Positions 44,538 through 55,651 of a stretch of DNA of 64,000 nt are shown one piece after another; positions within the stretch are counted from its first letter, which is position 1; the number at the start of each line of letters is the position of its first letter. Source of the stretch: Alphaproteobacteria bacterium (GTDB lineage Bacteria > Pseudomonadota > Alphaproteobacteria > CALKHQ01). The notes under the pieces were generated by a model that had not been told where the DNA came from, made no database searches, and saw nothing but the letters and a program-made list of their open reading frames with translations. The translations under genes and the position numbers were made by a program. The DNA lies in NCBI GenBank assembly GCA_965227515.1, contig CBDDFZ010000002.1:384001-448000 (forward strand). The letters run 5' to 3'.

Positions 44538-45629
44538 TCAACCAAGCTCCTCCAGCGGCACGTAGTCCATGTCGACACCGAACACGCGCGGGCCCCAGAC
44601 CGCCAGCGCCTCGGGCGTGCGCATCACTGGCGGCACACTGATCGCCATCACCTTGACGCGCTGGCCGTAGCGCAGGCCGTCAGTTGTGATCGGCTCGGCG
44701 GTCTCGCGGTCCAGCACGCAGACCAGGTCGGGCGCCATCGCCAGCGTCCGGCCCTCCAGTTGCACGTGCAGATACTCGTTCTGGAATGCGATATCCATCC
44801 GCTGGCCGCCGCCGTCCAGCGCCTCCAGGATCAGCCGGCCGACCGCGAACCCGCGCGTGGTCTCGCGCAGCAGGTCGACCACCTTGCCGTCGAACAGCAC
44901 CCGGCTGTGGCGCGGCGGGTCGGCGGCGGCGAAGAAGCCTTCCAGCGCCGCGAACGGGTCGCCGTGGGCGGCGCGCGCCTGGCCGATCACCTGGCCGATC
45001 TCGATCGCAAGCGAGATGGTGCGGTGCACCGATTTGGTCTTCGCGTCGCGGCCGCGCATGGGATAGAGCGTGATTTCCGCCTTACCGCCCATGCGGATGC
45101 ACACCACGCGGGCCAGCCACTCCGCGGTCTCGTTGTCGACCGCATTGACCACCACCTCATTCAGGTGCTCGTCCTTGATCACCACCGGGCTGCCGGGAAT
45201 GCCGTAGATGCCGAACGTGGTCATCTGCAATTCAGGGAAGGCGCGGCCCATGCCGTCGGCGTCGACCACCGGCAGGTCCATCAGCGCGCCGACGACACAG
45301 GGCAGGGTGGCGTTGATGCCGCCGGCCTCGATCGGCATCACCGCCGCTGCCTTCTCGCCGGCGATTTCCTCGGCCCGGCGCACGGCGGAGACCGCAGCGT
45401 CGCCGCTGGGGAAGCGCTCGACCAGCACCGTGGGCGCGCCCATGTTGGCGACCGGGATGACCAGGGCGTCGTCGTCCAGGTCGTTGGGGTCGATCAGGCG
45501 CACCCGCTTTCCGCCGGCGAGCTGCTGCTGCAGGATCAGGCGGCCGACATAGGGGTCGCCGCCGCCGCCGGTGCCCAGGAAGGCGGCGCCGCGCGCGAAA
45601 TCGTGCAGGCTGTCGAGGGTCAGGTCCAT
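44538..45629 (-). CDS. DUF917 family protein (copy 3)
   Basis: GAAFLGTGGGGDP, PIEAGGINA, DADGMGRAFPELQM, FQNEYL, LRYGQRV. Confidence 0.9.
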   Translation of the reverse strand: MDLTLDSLHDFARGAAFLGTGGGGDPYVGRLILQQQLAGGKRVRLIDPNDLDDDALVIPVANMGAPTVLVERFPSGDAAVSAVRRAEEIAGEKAAAVMPIEAGGINATLPCVVGALMDLPVVDADGMGRAFPELQMTTFGIYGIPGSPVVIKDEHLNEVVVNAVDNETAEWLARVVCIRMGGKAEITLYPMRGRDAKTKSVHRTISLAIEIGQVIGQARAAHGDPFAALEGFFAAADPPRHSRVLFDGKVVDLLRETTRGFAVGRLILEALDGGGQRMDIAFQNEYLHVQLEGRTLAMAPDLVCVLDRETAEPITTDGLRYGQRVKVMAISVPPVMRTPEALAVWGPRVFGVDMDYVPLEELG

Positions 45630-45641
45630 GGCGTTTTCCCC

Positions 45642-47189
45642 CTATTCTGCCGCGCCGGCAAGGTCGCCGACCGCCTTCACCCGCACCCGGACCGCGCCGC
45701 CGGGCAGGTAGGTCAGCGGCACCTCGTCGACCTCGATGATGCGCACCGAGCCGGCGGCCGCACCCGCCGCCACCGCGCGGTCGGTGGCCTCCTGCTTGGC
45801 CTCGTCGAGGGCGGCCTCGCGCCCCTTGGCATCGAACGAGAACACGCGGTCGATCTCGCCGCCGACCTGGGCGATGGCGGCCCCGATGGCATTGGCGACG
45901 CCGGCATGCTCCGGCCGGTCGATGCGCTCGGCGCCGGACAGGTCGCGGTCGACCAGCACGCCGCCACCGCCGACCAGCACCACCGGCACCGGCGCCGCGC
46001 TGGTCTTCATCCGGTCGATGCCTTCCTCCAGCATGGCGTGGATGCGGTCCATGCCGGCCTTCACGGTTGCCGGCTCCAGTCCGCCGACGCGTGTGGCGTC
46101 GCCGATATCCGCCGCGCCGGAGGCGACCGCCAGATCGGTTGCGGTCAGCACGTCGCCGCCAAAGACGCGGGCTTTCTCTGTCAACTCGAAGCCGACGGAG
46201 TCCGGACCGACGCGTGCGCCGTCGTCGCGCACATGGCTGCCGCCGCCGAGCCCGATGGCGAGCACGTCGGGCATGCGGAAATTGGTCTTCACCCCGCCGA
46301 CGTCGACCGCGATGGCGGACTCGCGCGGGAAACCCTGGGTCAGCACGCCGATGTCGGTGGTGGTGCCGCCGATATCGACCACCACCGCCTCCTCCAGCCC
46401 GGAGAGGTAGGCCGCGCCGCGCATGGAATTGGTGGGGCCCGACGCGAACGTCAGCACCGGGAACTTCTCCACGAAGTCGGCGGTCATCAGCGTGCCGTCG
46501 TTCTGGCTGATGAAGAAGGGTGCTGTGACGCCGAGGTCCGTCAGCGCCCCACGGAACGCGCCAACCACCCGCGCCGACAGGTCCATCAGCGAGGCGTTCA
46601 TCACCGCCGCGTTCTCGCGCTCGACCATGCCGATGCGGCCTATCTCGCTCGACAGGGTGACGAACGCATCGGGGATCTCGTTGAGCACGATCTCCTCGAC
46701 CCGCTTTTCCATGTCGTTGTTCATCGGCGCAAACACCGAGCTGACCGCGACCGAGCGCAGGCCGCGCGCCTTGATGTCGGCGACGGCGGCCATGATTTCC
46801 TTCTCGTCGAGCGCGGAGATCTTGCGGCCGTCGAACTCGTAGCCGCCATGGGCCATGATGACGTGGTGGCCGACCTGGGCGACCAAATCCTGCGGCCAGT
46901 CGACCAGGGGCGGCAGGCTGGTGGTCGCCGGCAGCGCCAGCCGGATGATCGCGACCTCGATCAGGCGCCGCCGCTCGACGAAGGCGTTGGTGAACTGGGT
47001 GGTGCCGATCATCACGCTGTCCAGCGTGTCTGCGCCGACGCTCGTGCCGTCCAGCACGTTGCGCACGGCGGCGACGATGCCACCGCCCACGTCGGCGGTG
47101 GTCGGCGCCTTCACCGAGGCGACAACCTTGTCGCCGTCCATCAACACCGCATCGGTGTTGGTGCCGCCGACATCCACCCCGATCCGCAT
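45642..47189 (-). CDS. Hydantoinase/oxoprolinase A-type protein, short form (copy 2)
   Basis: MRIGVDVGGTNTDAV, ERENAA, SGPTNSMRGA, DIGGTTTDIG, ANAIGAA; 515 aa, colinear with copy 1. Confidence 0.92.
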   Translation of the reverse strand: MRIGVDVGGTNTDAVLMDGDKVVASVKAPTTADVGGGIVAAVRNVLDGTSVGADTLDSVMIGTTQFTNAFVERRRLIEVAIIRLALPATTSLPPLVDWPQDLVAQVGHHVIMAHGGYEFDGRKISALDEKEIMAAVADIKARGLRSVAVSSVFAPMNNDMEKRVEEIVLNEIPDAFVTLSSEIGRIGMVERENAAVMNASLMDLSARVVGAFRGALTDLGVTAPFFISQNDGTLMTADFVEKFPVLTFASGPTNSMRGAAYLSGLEEAVVVDIGGTTTDIGVLTQGFPRESAIAVDVGGVKTNFRMPDVLAIGLGGGSHVRDDGARVGPDSVGFELTEKARVFGGDVLTATDLAVASGAADIGDATRVGGLEPATVKAGMDRIHAMLEEGIDRMKTSAAPVPVVLVGGGGVLVDRDLSGAERIDRPEHAGVANAIGAAIAQVGGEIDRVFSFDAKGREAALDEAKQEATDRAVAAGAAAGSVRIIEVDEVPLTYLPGGAVRVRVKAVGDLAGAAE

Positions 47190-47240
47190 TGGCCGTCCCC
47201 CTGCGTTGTGCGCCGGATGCAGGGTAGGCGCAAACCGGGT

Positions 47241-47291
47241 CCGATGCCCAGACCCGATGCCCAGACCTGATGCCCAGACCCGATGGCTCGA

Positions 47292-47304
<13 letters not shown>
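47241..47304. repeat. 13-bp tandem repeat CCGATGCCCAGAC (3 full copies plus degenerate copies)
   Basis: Copies at 47241, 47254 and 47267; the last related unit is the 3' end of the LivF-like gene. Confidence 0.8.
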
Positions 47305-48001
<697 letters not shown>

Positions 48002-48005
<4 letters not shown>

Positions 48006-48904
48006 TTGCTTGATCCCGCGCCTTGCGCGGAGTCTGCGCCAGCCCTCTCCCCCACCCGGCCACCCACACCAGTATCATTGTCGGGTGGCCGGGTGTGGGA
48101 GAGGGCCGGTGCCGATTCCGCGTCAGCGGGAGACGAAGACGTGCTGCCTGTCCCTAGATAGGCAGCAATCACATCCGGGTGGCGGCCGATCTCCTCCGGC
48201 GAGCCCTCGGCCAACAGCTTGCCGAAGCTCATCACCGTGATGCTGTCGCACAGCCCCATGATCGCGTGCATGTCGTGCTCGACCAGCAGCACGGTCATGC
48301 CGGCCTCGCGCAGTTTGCGCATCAGGCCCATCATGGTGTTGGTCTCTTCGGTGTTCATGCCGGCGAACGGCTCGTCGAGCAGCATCACCTTGGGCTGGGC
48401 GGCCAGCGCCACCGCCATGCCCAGCGCGCGCTGGTGGCCGTGGGCGAGGTCGCCGGCGCGGGTATCGGCCAGTCCCTCCAGGTGGAAGAATTCCAGCGCC
48501 TCTGCGGCGGCCGCGCGCATGCTGCGGCGGGCCGGGCCGTCGCGGCCGATCAGCGCCTGCCACAGCCGCGGCGGGTGGATCATGTGGGTGCCCATCTCCA
48601 CGTTCTCCATCACCGTCAGCTCGGCGAACAGGGTGGCGTGCTGGAAGGTGCGGACCACGCCCTGGCGCGCCACCCGGTGCATCGGCTGGCCGGAGAGGCG
48701 TTGGCCGCTGAGCCGCACCTCGCCCTGGTCGGGGCGGTAGAAGCCGGAGATCAGGTTGAAGGTGGTGGTCTTGCCGGCGCCATTGGGGCCGATCAGGCCG
48801 TGGATGGTGCCTTGCGCGACCTGGAAGCTGAGGTCGTTGACCGCGCGCAGGCCGCCGAACGAGCGGCTGAGGCGGTCGACCTCCAGGATCGGTTGCGCGT
48901 TCAC
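48002..48904 (-). CDS. LivG-like ABC ATPase with a palindrome-encoded C-terminal extension
   Basis: FGGLRAV, GPNGAGKTT, RTFQ, LDEPFAG, VEHDM, VIAAYLG then about 49 extra residues; GTG start overlaps the upstream stop. Confidence 0.9.
48026..48122. repeat. 97-bp palindromic element (CCCTCTCCC...GGGAGAGGG type) inside a CDS
   Basis: 40-bp arms 48026-48065 and 48083-48122, 35/40 complementary. Confidence 0.85.
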
Positions 48905-49887
48905 GACGCCACCTCCGCGCTCGCACGTGTGCGCCAGAAGGCGAGTTTCGGCACCAGGCTCTCCAGGCCCTTGGGCAGGAACAGCACGGTCACGATCAGG
49001 ATCGCGCCATAGACCAGCGGCCGGCTCTGGTCGAAGTCCAGTTCGCGCAGCACGATCTCGTCGATCACCGTCAGCACCACGCAGCCCAGGATCGGCCCGT
49101 AGAAGGTGGCGGTGCCGCCGACGATGGCCCAGGTCAGCACGTAGACCATCTGCTCGATGTCGAAGCTGTTCGGGTTGACGGTGCCGATGTAGTGGGCGAG
49201 GAGGGCGCCGGCGAGGCCGGCCACCGCCGAGGCGATGACGAACGCCATGGTGCGGTAGCGGCGCACGTTGACGCCGACAGACGCGGCCAGATTGTCCTGC
49301 CAGTGCACGGCGTGGAAGGTGAGCCCGACGGCCGAGCGTTCCAGCCGCCGCATGCCCCACAGGCACACGATCACCACCAGGCCGGCGAAGTAGTAGTAGT
49401 TGGTCGGCTCGAAGAAATCGAAGAAGTAGATGCCGAGGTCGATGTCGGGCATCGGGTCGATGCGGCTCAGCCCCTGCGGGCCGCCGAACGGCTCGCGGAA
49501 GCGGCGCCAGAGCAGGCGGATGATCTCGCCGGCGGCGAACGAGCCAATCAGGAAGTAGAACCCCTTCATCCGGAACAGCGGGAACGACAGCACCCAGGCG
49601 ACCGCGCCGGCGACCAGGGCGCCGAGCAGCATCGAGATGGGCACCAGCCCGATCTGCTTGGAGATCAGCGCGCTGGCATAGGCGCCGACGCCCATGATGA
49701 CGACATGGCCCAGCGACCACTCGCCGGTCAGCGTCAGCAGGCGGTAGCTGCACACCACCAGGATGTTGATGGTGAGGAAGACCAGGATTTCCTGCTGCGA
49801 GTAGCTCAGCACGTGGGGCAGCGCGATCAGCGCCGCGGCCACCACGGCGCCGACCAGCAGGCGGTTGAGCATGGTGCCGCTAGGCAC
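48901..49887 (-). CDS. LivM-like ABC permease
   Basis: GEWSLGH..MGVGAY, FRMKGFYF, GGPQG, IVGGTATFYGPILG, PKGL. Confidence 0.9.
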   Translation of the reverse strand: MPSGTMLNRLLVGAVVAAALIALPHVLSYSQQEILVFLTINILVVCSYRLLTLTGEWSLGHVVIMGVGAYASALISKQIGLVPISMLLGALVAGAVAWVLSFPLFRMKGFYFLIGSFAAGEIIRLLWRRFREPFGGPQGLSRIDPMPDIDLGIYFFDFFEPTNYYYFAGLVVIVCLWGMRRLERSAVGLTFHAVHWQDNLAASVGVNVRRYRTMAFVIASAVAGLAGALLAHYIGTVNPNSFDIEQMVYVLTWAIVGGTATFYGPILGCVVLTVIDEIVLRELDFDQSRPLVYGAILIVTVLFLPKGLESLVPKLAFWRTRASAEVAS

Positions 49888-50746
49888 GGTCGGCGGTCCC
49901 GAACAGGCCGGTCGGCTTCACCACCAGCACCACCAGCATCAGGGACAGGCCGACGATGTCGGCGGTGACGCCGTCGATGTAGGTGGTGACGAAGGTGTGG
50001 ACCAGCGCATAGAGCACGGCCGCGATCACCGCGCCGCCCAGGCTGCCGACGCCGCCGACGATGATGACGATGAACGCGGTGACGATGACGGTGTGGCCCA
50101 TATGCGGGCTGACGGTGACCAGGGGCGCGGTCAGCGCGCCGGCCACGCCCGCCAGCGCCGCACCGATGAACATGGCGATCCGCGCCGTCGAGCTGATCGA
50201 TATGCCTTGCAGGGCGGCCGCCTCCGGGTCCTGGGCGCTCGCGCGCACCGCCCAGCCGAAGCGGGTGCGGGTCAGGAACAGCCATAGCCCGACGAGCAGC
50301 ACCACGGCCGCGATGATGACATAGAGGCGGGAAACGGCGAGGCTGATCTGGTCGCCGAACACGATGACCTCCTGGGTCACCGGCGGCACGTGCTCCATGC
50401 GCACGCCGAACCCGATGTCGGCCAACGCTTGCAGGATCATAAGGAGTCCGATGGAGGCGACGAGCCCGCCCAGCGGGTTCTCGCGCAACGGCCGGAACAG
50501 CCCGCGTTCCATCGCGATGCCGACCGCGCCGACGAAGATCAGGCCGGCCGCCACCGCCAGGATGAACGGCAGTTCGGCATCGGCGTAGAGCGCCACCACG
50601 CCATAGGCGCCCATCATGTAGAGCTCGCCATGGGCGAAGTTGATGATGCCGACGACGCCGAAGATCAGCACCAGCCCGACGGTCACCAGCGCGATGTAGC
50701 TGGAGGCGTAGACCGCGTTGAGCACGGTTTGCAGGAACAGGTCCAC
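49880..50746 (-). CDS. LivH-like ABC permease
   Basis: GLVLIFGVVGIINFAHGE, TRFGWAVRA, VGGVGSLGGA, KPTGLFG. Confidence 0.92.
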   Translation of the reverse strand: MDLFLQTVLNAVYASSYIALVTVGLVLIFGVVGIINFAHGELYMMGAYGVVALYADAELPFILAVAAGLIFVGAVGIAMERGLFRPLRENPLGGLVASIGLLMILQALADIGFGVRMEHVPPVTQEVIVFGDQISLAVSRLYVIIAAVVLLVGLWLFLTRTRFGWAVRASAQDPEAAALQGISISSTARIAMFIGAALAGVAGALTAPLVTVSPHMGHTVIVTAFIVIIVGGVGSLGGAVIAAVLYALVHTFVTTYIDGVTADIVGLSLMLVVLVVKPTGLFGTADRA

Positions 50747-50766
50747 TGCTACGCCAACCCCTCAGG

Positions 50767-50876
50767 CGTCATGGCCGGACTTGATCCGGCCATCCACGTG
50801 GATGTTGCAGTACGACGGCGTAGCCTGTGCTTCGTCATCGTCTGCGTGGATGCGCGGATCAAGTCCGCGCATGACG
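50767..50876. repeat. CGTCATG-family palindromic repeat downstream of a binding-protein gene
   Basis: CGTCATGGCCGGACTTGATCCGGCCATCCACG ... CGTGGATGCGCGGATCAAGTCCGCGCATGACG. Confidence 0.85.
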
Positions 50877-50900
50877 AGAGAAAGCGTGGAAGTCAGCCGA

Positions 50901-52208
50901 TCAGCCCCGCTGGTAGTACATCTGGCCGTAGGCTTCCATGTGCTTGATCATCAGGTCGCGGTGCTCATTGTACCAGGCCGGGATCGAGCGGAACTCCTCG
51001 ATGGTCGCCTTGCCGTTGCGGATCACCACCACCGGCCAGTTGCCGACCAGCGCATTGTTGATCCCGAACAGGTCCTCGCCCCACCACTCGGCCTCGCCGA
51101 ATGCGTGGCGGCCGGTGCCGCCTTCCTTCATCGCCGCCAGCACGTCGGCGGGCTCGGCCGAGCCGGCGCTTTCCGCCGCCGCCTTCCACAGGTCCATGAT
51201 CGCGGCGTACTCCCACGACACAGCACCCCACTCGCCGGGATGGCGCTCGTTGTAGACCGCGAAGAAGTCGTTCGGGTTCTGGAAGTTCAGGCTCTCGTCG
51301 TTCAGCGCCGGGTCGTCGAAGTCCGGGAACTGGAACACGAAGCCTTCCATGAACTCGACCGAGGTCTTCTCGATCATCTGGTCGTAGAAGTCGGCGGTGC
51401 AGGAGATGATCTGCCCCTGATAGCCCTGCTGGAACAGCTGCTCGGTGATCGGGTGCACGTAGTCGGAATAGCAGGTGTCCAGGCACACGATGTCCGGCCC
51501 GTCAGCGATGAGGCGCGAGACGATGGGCGCGAAGTCGGTGGTTGCCGGGTCGAACAGCAGCGGCTCGGACTGCATCTCGATGCCCGCGGCCTCGAACGCG
51601 GCCAGGTAGGTGGCGACCGAGGGCAGGCCCAACAGGTCGTCCTGGGCGCACATCACCGCGGTCTTCAGGTCGGGCTGGTTCTCCGCCAGCCAGGCGACGC
51701 CGGTGACGTTGTAGATCGGGTGCACCTCGGCCGGTGCCAGCAGGGTCGGCGTGTCGGGCGACAGGTCCGACGGCAGCAAGGTGGAGAACAGCATGCCGGT
51801 GCGGTCGGCCACCGGCTGCACGCCGGGCCAGGTGTCGCCGCCCAGCATCATGATGAACTTGACCCCATCCTCGCGGATCAACTGGGTGGCGCCGGTGCGC
51901 GCGATCGCCGGATCGTACTCGTTGTCGTAGCCGATGAACTCGACCGGGTGCGCGGTGTCGCCGATCTGGATGCCGCCGGCCTCGTTCACCCACTCGGCCC
52001 AGATCTGGCAGCCGTCGAGTCCGGGCCGTCCCCAGGCCGCCACCGGACCGGTCAGCGGCGCCAGGAAACCGATCTTGATCGGCTCGCCCTGTTGCGCGCG
52101 CGCCTTGCGCGGCAGGCCGGATGCGAGCGCGGCACCGCCGGCGACGGTCGCCGACGTGCCCAGGAAACGGCGTCGATTGAGCTTGTTGCGCAGCGGATTG
52201 CGGATCAT
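50901..52208 (-). CDS. LivK-like ABC substrate-binding protein with Tat signal
   Basis: NRRRFLG Tat motif; IKIGFLAPLTGPVAAWG, NEAGGI, TDFAPIV; SD GGGAGG. Confidence 0.9.
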   Translation of the reverse strand: MIRNPLRNKLNRRRFLGTSATVAGGAALASGLPRKARAQQGEPIKIGFLAPLTGPVAAWGRPGLDGCQIWAEWVNEAGGIQIGDTAHPVEFIGYDNEYDPAIARTGATQLIREDGVKFIMMLGGDTWPGVQPVADRTGMLFSTLLPSDLSPDTPTLLAPAEVHPIYNVTGVAWLAENQPDLKTAVMCAQDDLLGLPSVATYLAAFEAAGIEMQSEPLLFDPATTDFAPIVSRLIADGPDIVCLDTCYSDYVHPITEQLFQQGYQGQIISCTADFYDQMIEKTSVEFMEGFVFQFPDFDDPALNDESLNFQNPNDFFAVYNERHPGEWGAVSWEYAAIMDLWKAAAESAGSAEPADVLAAMKEGGTGRHAFGEAEWWGEDLFGINNALVGNWPVVVIRNGKATIEEFRSIPAWYNEHRDLMIKHMEAYGQMYYQRG

Positions 52209-52445
52209 GGATGCCTCCCGTTTCGGCGCGTCGCCCGTGGCTTGCGGCCCCCTCGGCCGGCCCCCTGACCAACCCCAAGACCGGCAATGGCTTGCGCACG
52301 ATATCTGGTCGGCGCGAGTGTGGCGCAAGTTTCCAAATACGTCCACAGGACCAAGAAAGGTTGTCCACCGGTCCAAAGACCGGCAACCTATGTGTGTGCG
52401 TCATGTCGCCGGGTTGAGGCGCCGACTTGTGCACTGTATCGTTTC

Positions 52446-52459
52446 TGTAATCGATTACT
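52446..52459. promoter_or_regulatory. LacI-family-like operator palindrome
   Basis: TGTAATCGATTACT (perfect core GTAATCGATTAC, central CG) in the divergent spacer upstream of a sugar ABC operon. Confidence 0.5.
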
Positions 52460-52559
52460 GGTCAACAGGCCTGCAAGGCCGATGACAATTGACCGGTCCG
52501 TGCGGAGCGCCGCCGCCAGCAAGGCCAAAAACAGAGCGCCAGCACCGGGAGGGATCTTC

Positions 52560-53363
52560 TTGAGCGACGGCTCACCCTACGTCCATGCCATGCGCATGGC
52601 GAACATCCACAAGCGCTTCGGCAATGTCGTGGCGCTCGACGACATTTCCATCGAGGTCGGCCGAAACGAGGTCGTCGGCCTGCTCGGCGACAACGGCGCC
52701 GGCAAGTCGACCCTGATCAAGATCCTGACCGGTGTCGAGCGCCCAACGTCCGGCGAGCTCTACGTGCGCGACCAGCGCGTCGACCTCAACCGGTACTCGG
52801 TACGCCGCGCCCACGAGCTTGGCATCGAGACCGTCTATCAGCAGAAGTCGCTGGGCGAGAAGCTGCCGCTGTGGCGCAACTTCTTCGTCGGCCGCAACAT
52901 CACCAACCGCTGGGGCTTCATCAAGGTCAAGGAACAGAAGGAAATCGCCGAGGAGATCTTGAAGAAGTCCATCGGTTTCCGCGGCGTCGGCATCGGGGTC
53001 GATGCCGAGGTGGCCAGGCTCTCCGGCGGTGAGCGCCAGGGCGTCGCCATCGGGCGTGCCATGCACTTCGACGCCGATCTGATCGTGCTCGACGAGCCGA
53101 CGGTGGCGCTGGCGGTCAAGGAGGTGCGCAAGGTGCTGAACTTCATCGAGGACATTCGCGCCTCCGGCCGCGCCTGCCTCTACATCGAGCACAACCTGGC
53201 GCATGTGCACGAGGTCGCCGACCGCATGGTCATCATCGACCGCGGCCGGGTGGCGGGGGAGGTCAAGCGCGGCGAGATGGATGTGCACCAGCTGACCGAC
53301 TATTTCCTGTCCCTGCAGCATGACAACGCCGCCGCAGACACTATGGCCGAGGAGGTTGCCTGA
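52560..53363 (+). CDS. Sugar-type (CUT2) ABC ATP-binding protein, single domain
   Basis: GDNGAGKSTLIK, GIETVYQ, LSGGERQGVAIGRA, DEPT; TTG start after GGGAGG (alternative ATG 52482). Confidence 0.9.
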   Translation: MSDGSPYVHAMRMANIHKRFGNVVALDDISIEVGRNEVVGLLGDNGAGKSTLIKILTGVERPTSGELYVRDQRVDLNRYSVRRAHELGIETVYQQKSLGEKLPLWRNFFVGRNITNRWGFIKVKEQKEIAEEILKKSIGFRGVGIGVDAEVARLSGGERQGVAIGRAMHFDADLIVLDEPTVALAVKEVRKVLNFIEDIRASGRACLYIEHNLAHVHEVADRMVIIDRGRVAGEVKRGEMDVHQLTDYFLSLQHDNAAADTMAEEVA

Positions 53364-54478
53364 TGGTGCTCGGCAAGGTTGAGGGCCTGCCGGTCGCCAT
53401 CGTGCTGTGCCTCATCGTCGGCGTGTTCATGATCACCGCGCCGAACAGTTTCCTCGGTCCCAACATCTACCTGTCGTTCCTGGCCACGGTGCCGCCGCCG
53501 CTGATGATCGGCCTCGGCCTTACCCTGGTGATCGCGGCCGGCGAGATCGACCTGTCGTTCCCCTCCATCGTCAAGATGTCGGGCATCGTGTTCGCGATCT
53601 GCTTCAAGTTCATCGCGCTGCCGATGGACATCGGCGAGGACAATCTGCCGATGGGCAGCTTGGGGCCGGACCTTCTGATCTGGGTGTTCTTCCTGGCCGC
53701 GATCCTGGTCGGCGCGCTGATCGGGTTCCTGAACGGCATCCTGGTCGCGGTGATCGGCATTCCCTCCATCATCGCCACGCTGGCGATGCTGTTCGTGTTC
53801 GAGGGCGTGTCGATGATCATCGGCCAGGGCCAGCAATATTCGCTGCGCGGCATCGACGACTATTCGATCCACTCGGTGCTGACCGGGCGCTGGTTCGATG
53901 TGCCGTCGCAGGCGCTGTGGGCGCTGGTGGCGACGGTGGGCATCTGGTTCCTGCTCAACCGGCACCGCTTCGGCGAGCACCTGATGTTCATCGGCGACAA
54001 CCAGGAAGTGGCGCGGGTGATGGGCGTCGACGTCAAGCGCCGCAAGATCCTGCTGTTCACGCTGATGGGCGTGATCGCGGCCATCGCCGGCGTGCTGGTG
54101 ACGCTGGAGAACAAGAACTACTACACCACCCAGGGCACCGCCTATCTGCTGATCGTGGTCGCGGCGGTGTTCATCGGCGGCACCTCGATCTCCGGCGGCC
54201 GCGGGCTGATCGTCGGCACCTTCTTCGCCTCCTATGTGGTCGGCTGCATCGAGGCCGGCATCGTCGCCTCCGGCCTTGGCGGGTATTGGACCAGGCTGGT
54301 GGTCGGCCTGATTTTCCTAGGCGCTGTCATTTTCCATTTGGTCGTCGAACAGCCGGCCCGCCTGCGCGAGCTGGTGGGCATGCGCACCGACGGCGCATTG
54401 AGGGCGCGATCGGCGCGCCCGCAACAAACCGGGGACCCGCCTGGGCAACCCGGACAAAGGAGAGGAAGCGATCCATGA
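53363..54478 (+). CDS. RbsC-like sugar ABC permease
   Basis: AGEIDLS, IPSIIATLA, FGEHLMFIGDN, AAVFIGGTSISGG. Confidence 0.92.
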   Translation: MVLGKVEGLPVAIVLCLIVGVFMITAPNSFLGPNIYLSFLATVPPPLMIGLGLTLVIAAGEIDLSFPSIVKMSGIVFAICFKFIALPMDIGEDNLPMGSLGPDLLIWVFFLAAILVGALIGFLNGILVAVIGIPSIIATLAMLFVFEGVSMIIGQGQQYSLRGIDDYSIHSVLTGRWFDVPSQALWALVATVGIWFLLNRHRFGEHLMFIGDNQEVARVMGVDVKRRKILLFTLMGVIAAIAGVLVTLENKNYYTTQGTAYLLIVVAAVFIGGTSISGGRGLIVGTFFASYVVGCIEAGIVASGLGGYWTRLVVGLIFLGAVIFHLVVEQPARLRELVGMRTDGALRARSARPQQTGDPPGQPGQRRGSDP

Positions 54479-55467
54479 CGAAGACACTTGCCACATTGGG
54501 CGGCGTTGCCGCCTGCGCCTTGGCGGTCGGGCTCGGCGCTCAGACGGCCAATGCCCAGGCCATCGGCGAAGGCTTGGTGATGTACTTCCAGATGGGCGGC
54601 TCGCCGGGCGGCGGCGCCACCCTGCCGCGCACCAACGGCGCGCGCGCGGCGGCGGAGGCCTTCGGTATCGAGCTGCGCGAGCAGTATTCCTCCTGGCAGC
54701 CCGAAACGATGCTGAACCAGTTCCGCGAGGCGGTGGCCGGCAACCCGGATTGCATCGAGATCATGGGCCACCCCGGCTATGACGCCTGGGAGAGCCTGGT
54801 TGCCGACGCCAGGAGCCAGGGCATCACCATCACCAGCGGCAACGCCTCGATCCCGCAGCTTGCCGAGACCTATCAGGCGGACGGCTTCGGCTATGTCGGC
54901 GTCGAGCTCTATGCCGGCGGCTGGCTGACCGGCAAGATGATGGTCGAGCACGGCGGGCTTGCCGAGGGCGACAAGGCGGTGGTCTACGGCCACTTCGCCT
55001 CCGGCCGGCGGCAGTCGGCGGACGGTCTGGCCGATGCGTTGCGCGACGCCGGTCTGGAAGTCGACGAACTGGTCATCAGCTCCGAGGTCGACGCCGACTT
55101 CTCGCAGGCGGTGCCGGTGATCGTCGGCTATCTGGACTCCAATCCGGAGGTGAAGGCCATCGGCACCCAGCACGGCGGCGTGACCGGCATCTACGCCCAG
55201 GCGCTACAGGCGGCGGGCAAGGAGCCGGGCGAGATCGTCGCCGGCGGCATCGACCTTGCGCCAGCCACCATCGACGGCCTGCTCGACGGCTATGTCACCG
55301 TGACCCTGGACCAGCAACTCTACCTGCAGGGCTTCCTGCCGGTCGTACAGTGTTTGGTTTCGGCAAAATATGGTATTACGGGGTTCTCGGTGAACACCGG
55401 TGGCGGCGTGGTGACGCCCGACACGATCAATGATCTCATTCCGTTGATCGAGGAAGGCATCCGCTAG
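54475..55467 (+). CDS. Sugar ABC substrate-binding protein
   Basis: Signal peptide MTKTLATL...ANA; GYVG, GGIDL, TLDQQLYLQGFLPV. Confidence 0.88.
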   Translation: MTKTLATLGGVAACALAVGLGAQTANAQAIGEGLVMYFQMGGSPGGGATLPRTNGARAAAEAFGIELREQYSSWQPETMLNQFREAVAGNPDCIEIMGHPGYDAWESLVADARSQGITITSGNASIPQLAETYQADGFGYVGVELYAGGWLTGKMMVEHGGLAEGDKAVVYGHFASGRRQSADGLADALRDAGLEVDELVISSEVDADFSQAVPVIVGYLDSNPEVKAIGTQHGGVTGIYAQALQAAGKEPGEIVAGGIDLAPATIDGLLDGYVTVTLDQQLYLQGFLPVVQCLVSAKYGITGFSVNTGGGVVTPDTINDLIPLIEEGIR

Positions 55468-55522
55468 AGCGCATCGCGCGCGTAGCGGAACGACACTGCG
55501 TCGTTGGCTTTTTCTGCCCCGG

Positions 55523-55650
55523 GTGGTGCTGCGCAAGCGGCACCACCCGGTTCGGTATCTGGGGTGTGGTGCTGCGCAAGCGGCACCACCCGGTTCGGTA
55601 TCTGGGGCGTGGTGCTGCGCAAGCGGCACCACCCGGTTCGGTATCTGGGG
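55523..55650. repeat. 43-bp tandem repeat x3, each unit a GCAA-tetraloop hairpin
   Basis: GTGGTGCTGC-GCAA-GCGGCACCAC-CCGGTTCGGTATCTGGGG[T/C] at 55523, 55566 and 55609. Confidence 0.9.
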
Positions 55651-55651
55651 C

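Noticed and set aside
55523-55650. Possible CRISPR array (palindromic direct repeats)
   Set aside because: The sequence between hairpins is identical in all units, so there are no unique spacers; only 3 units and no cas genes.
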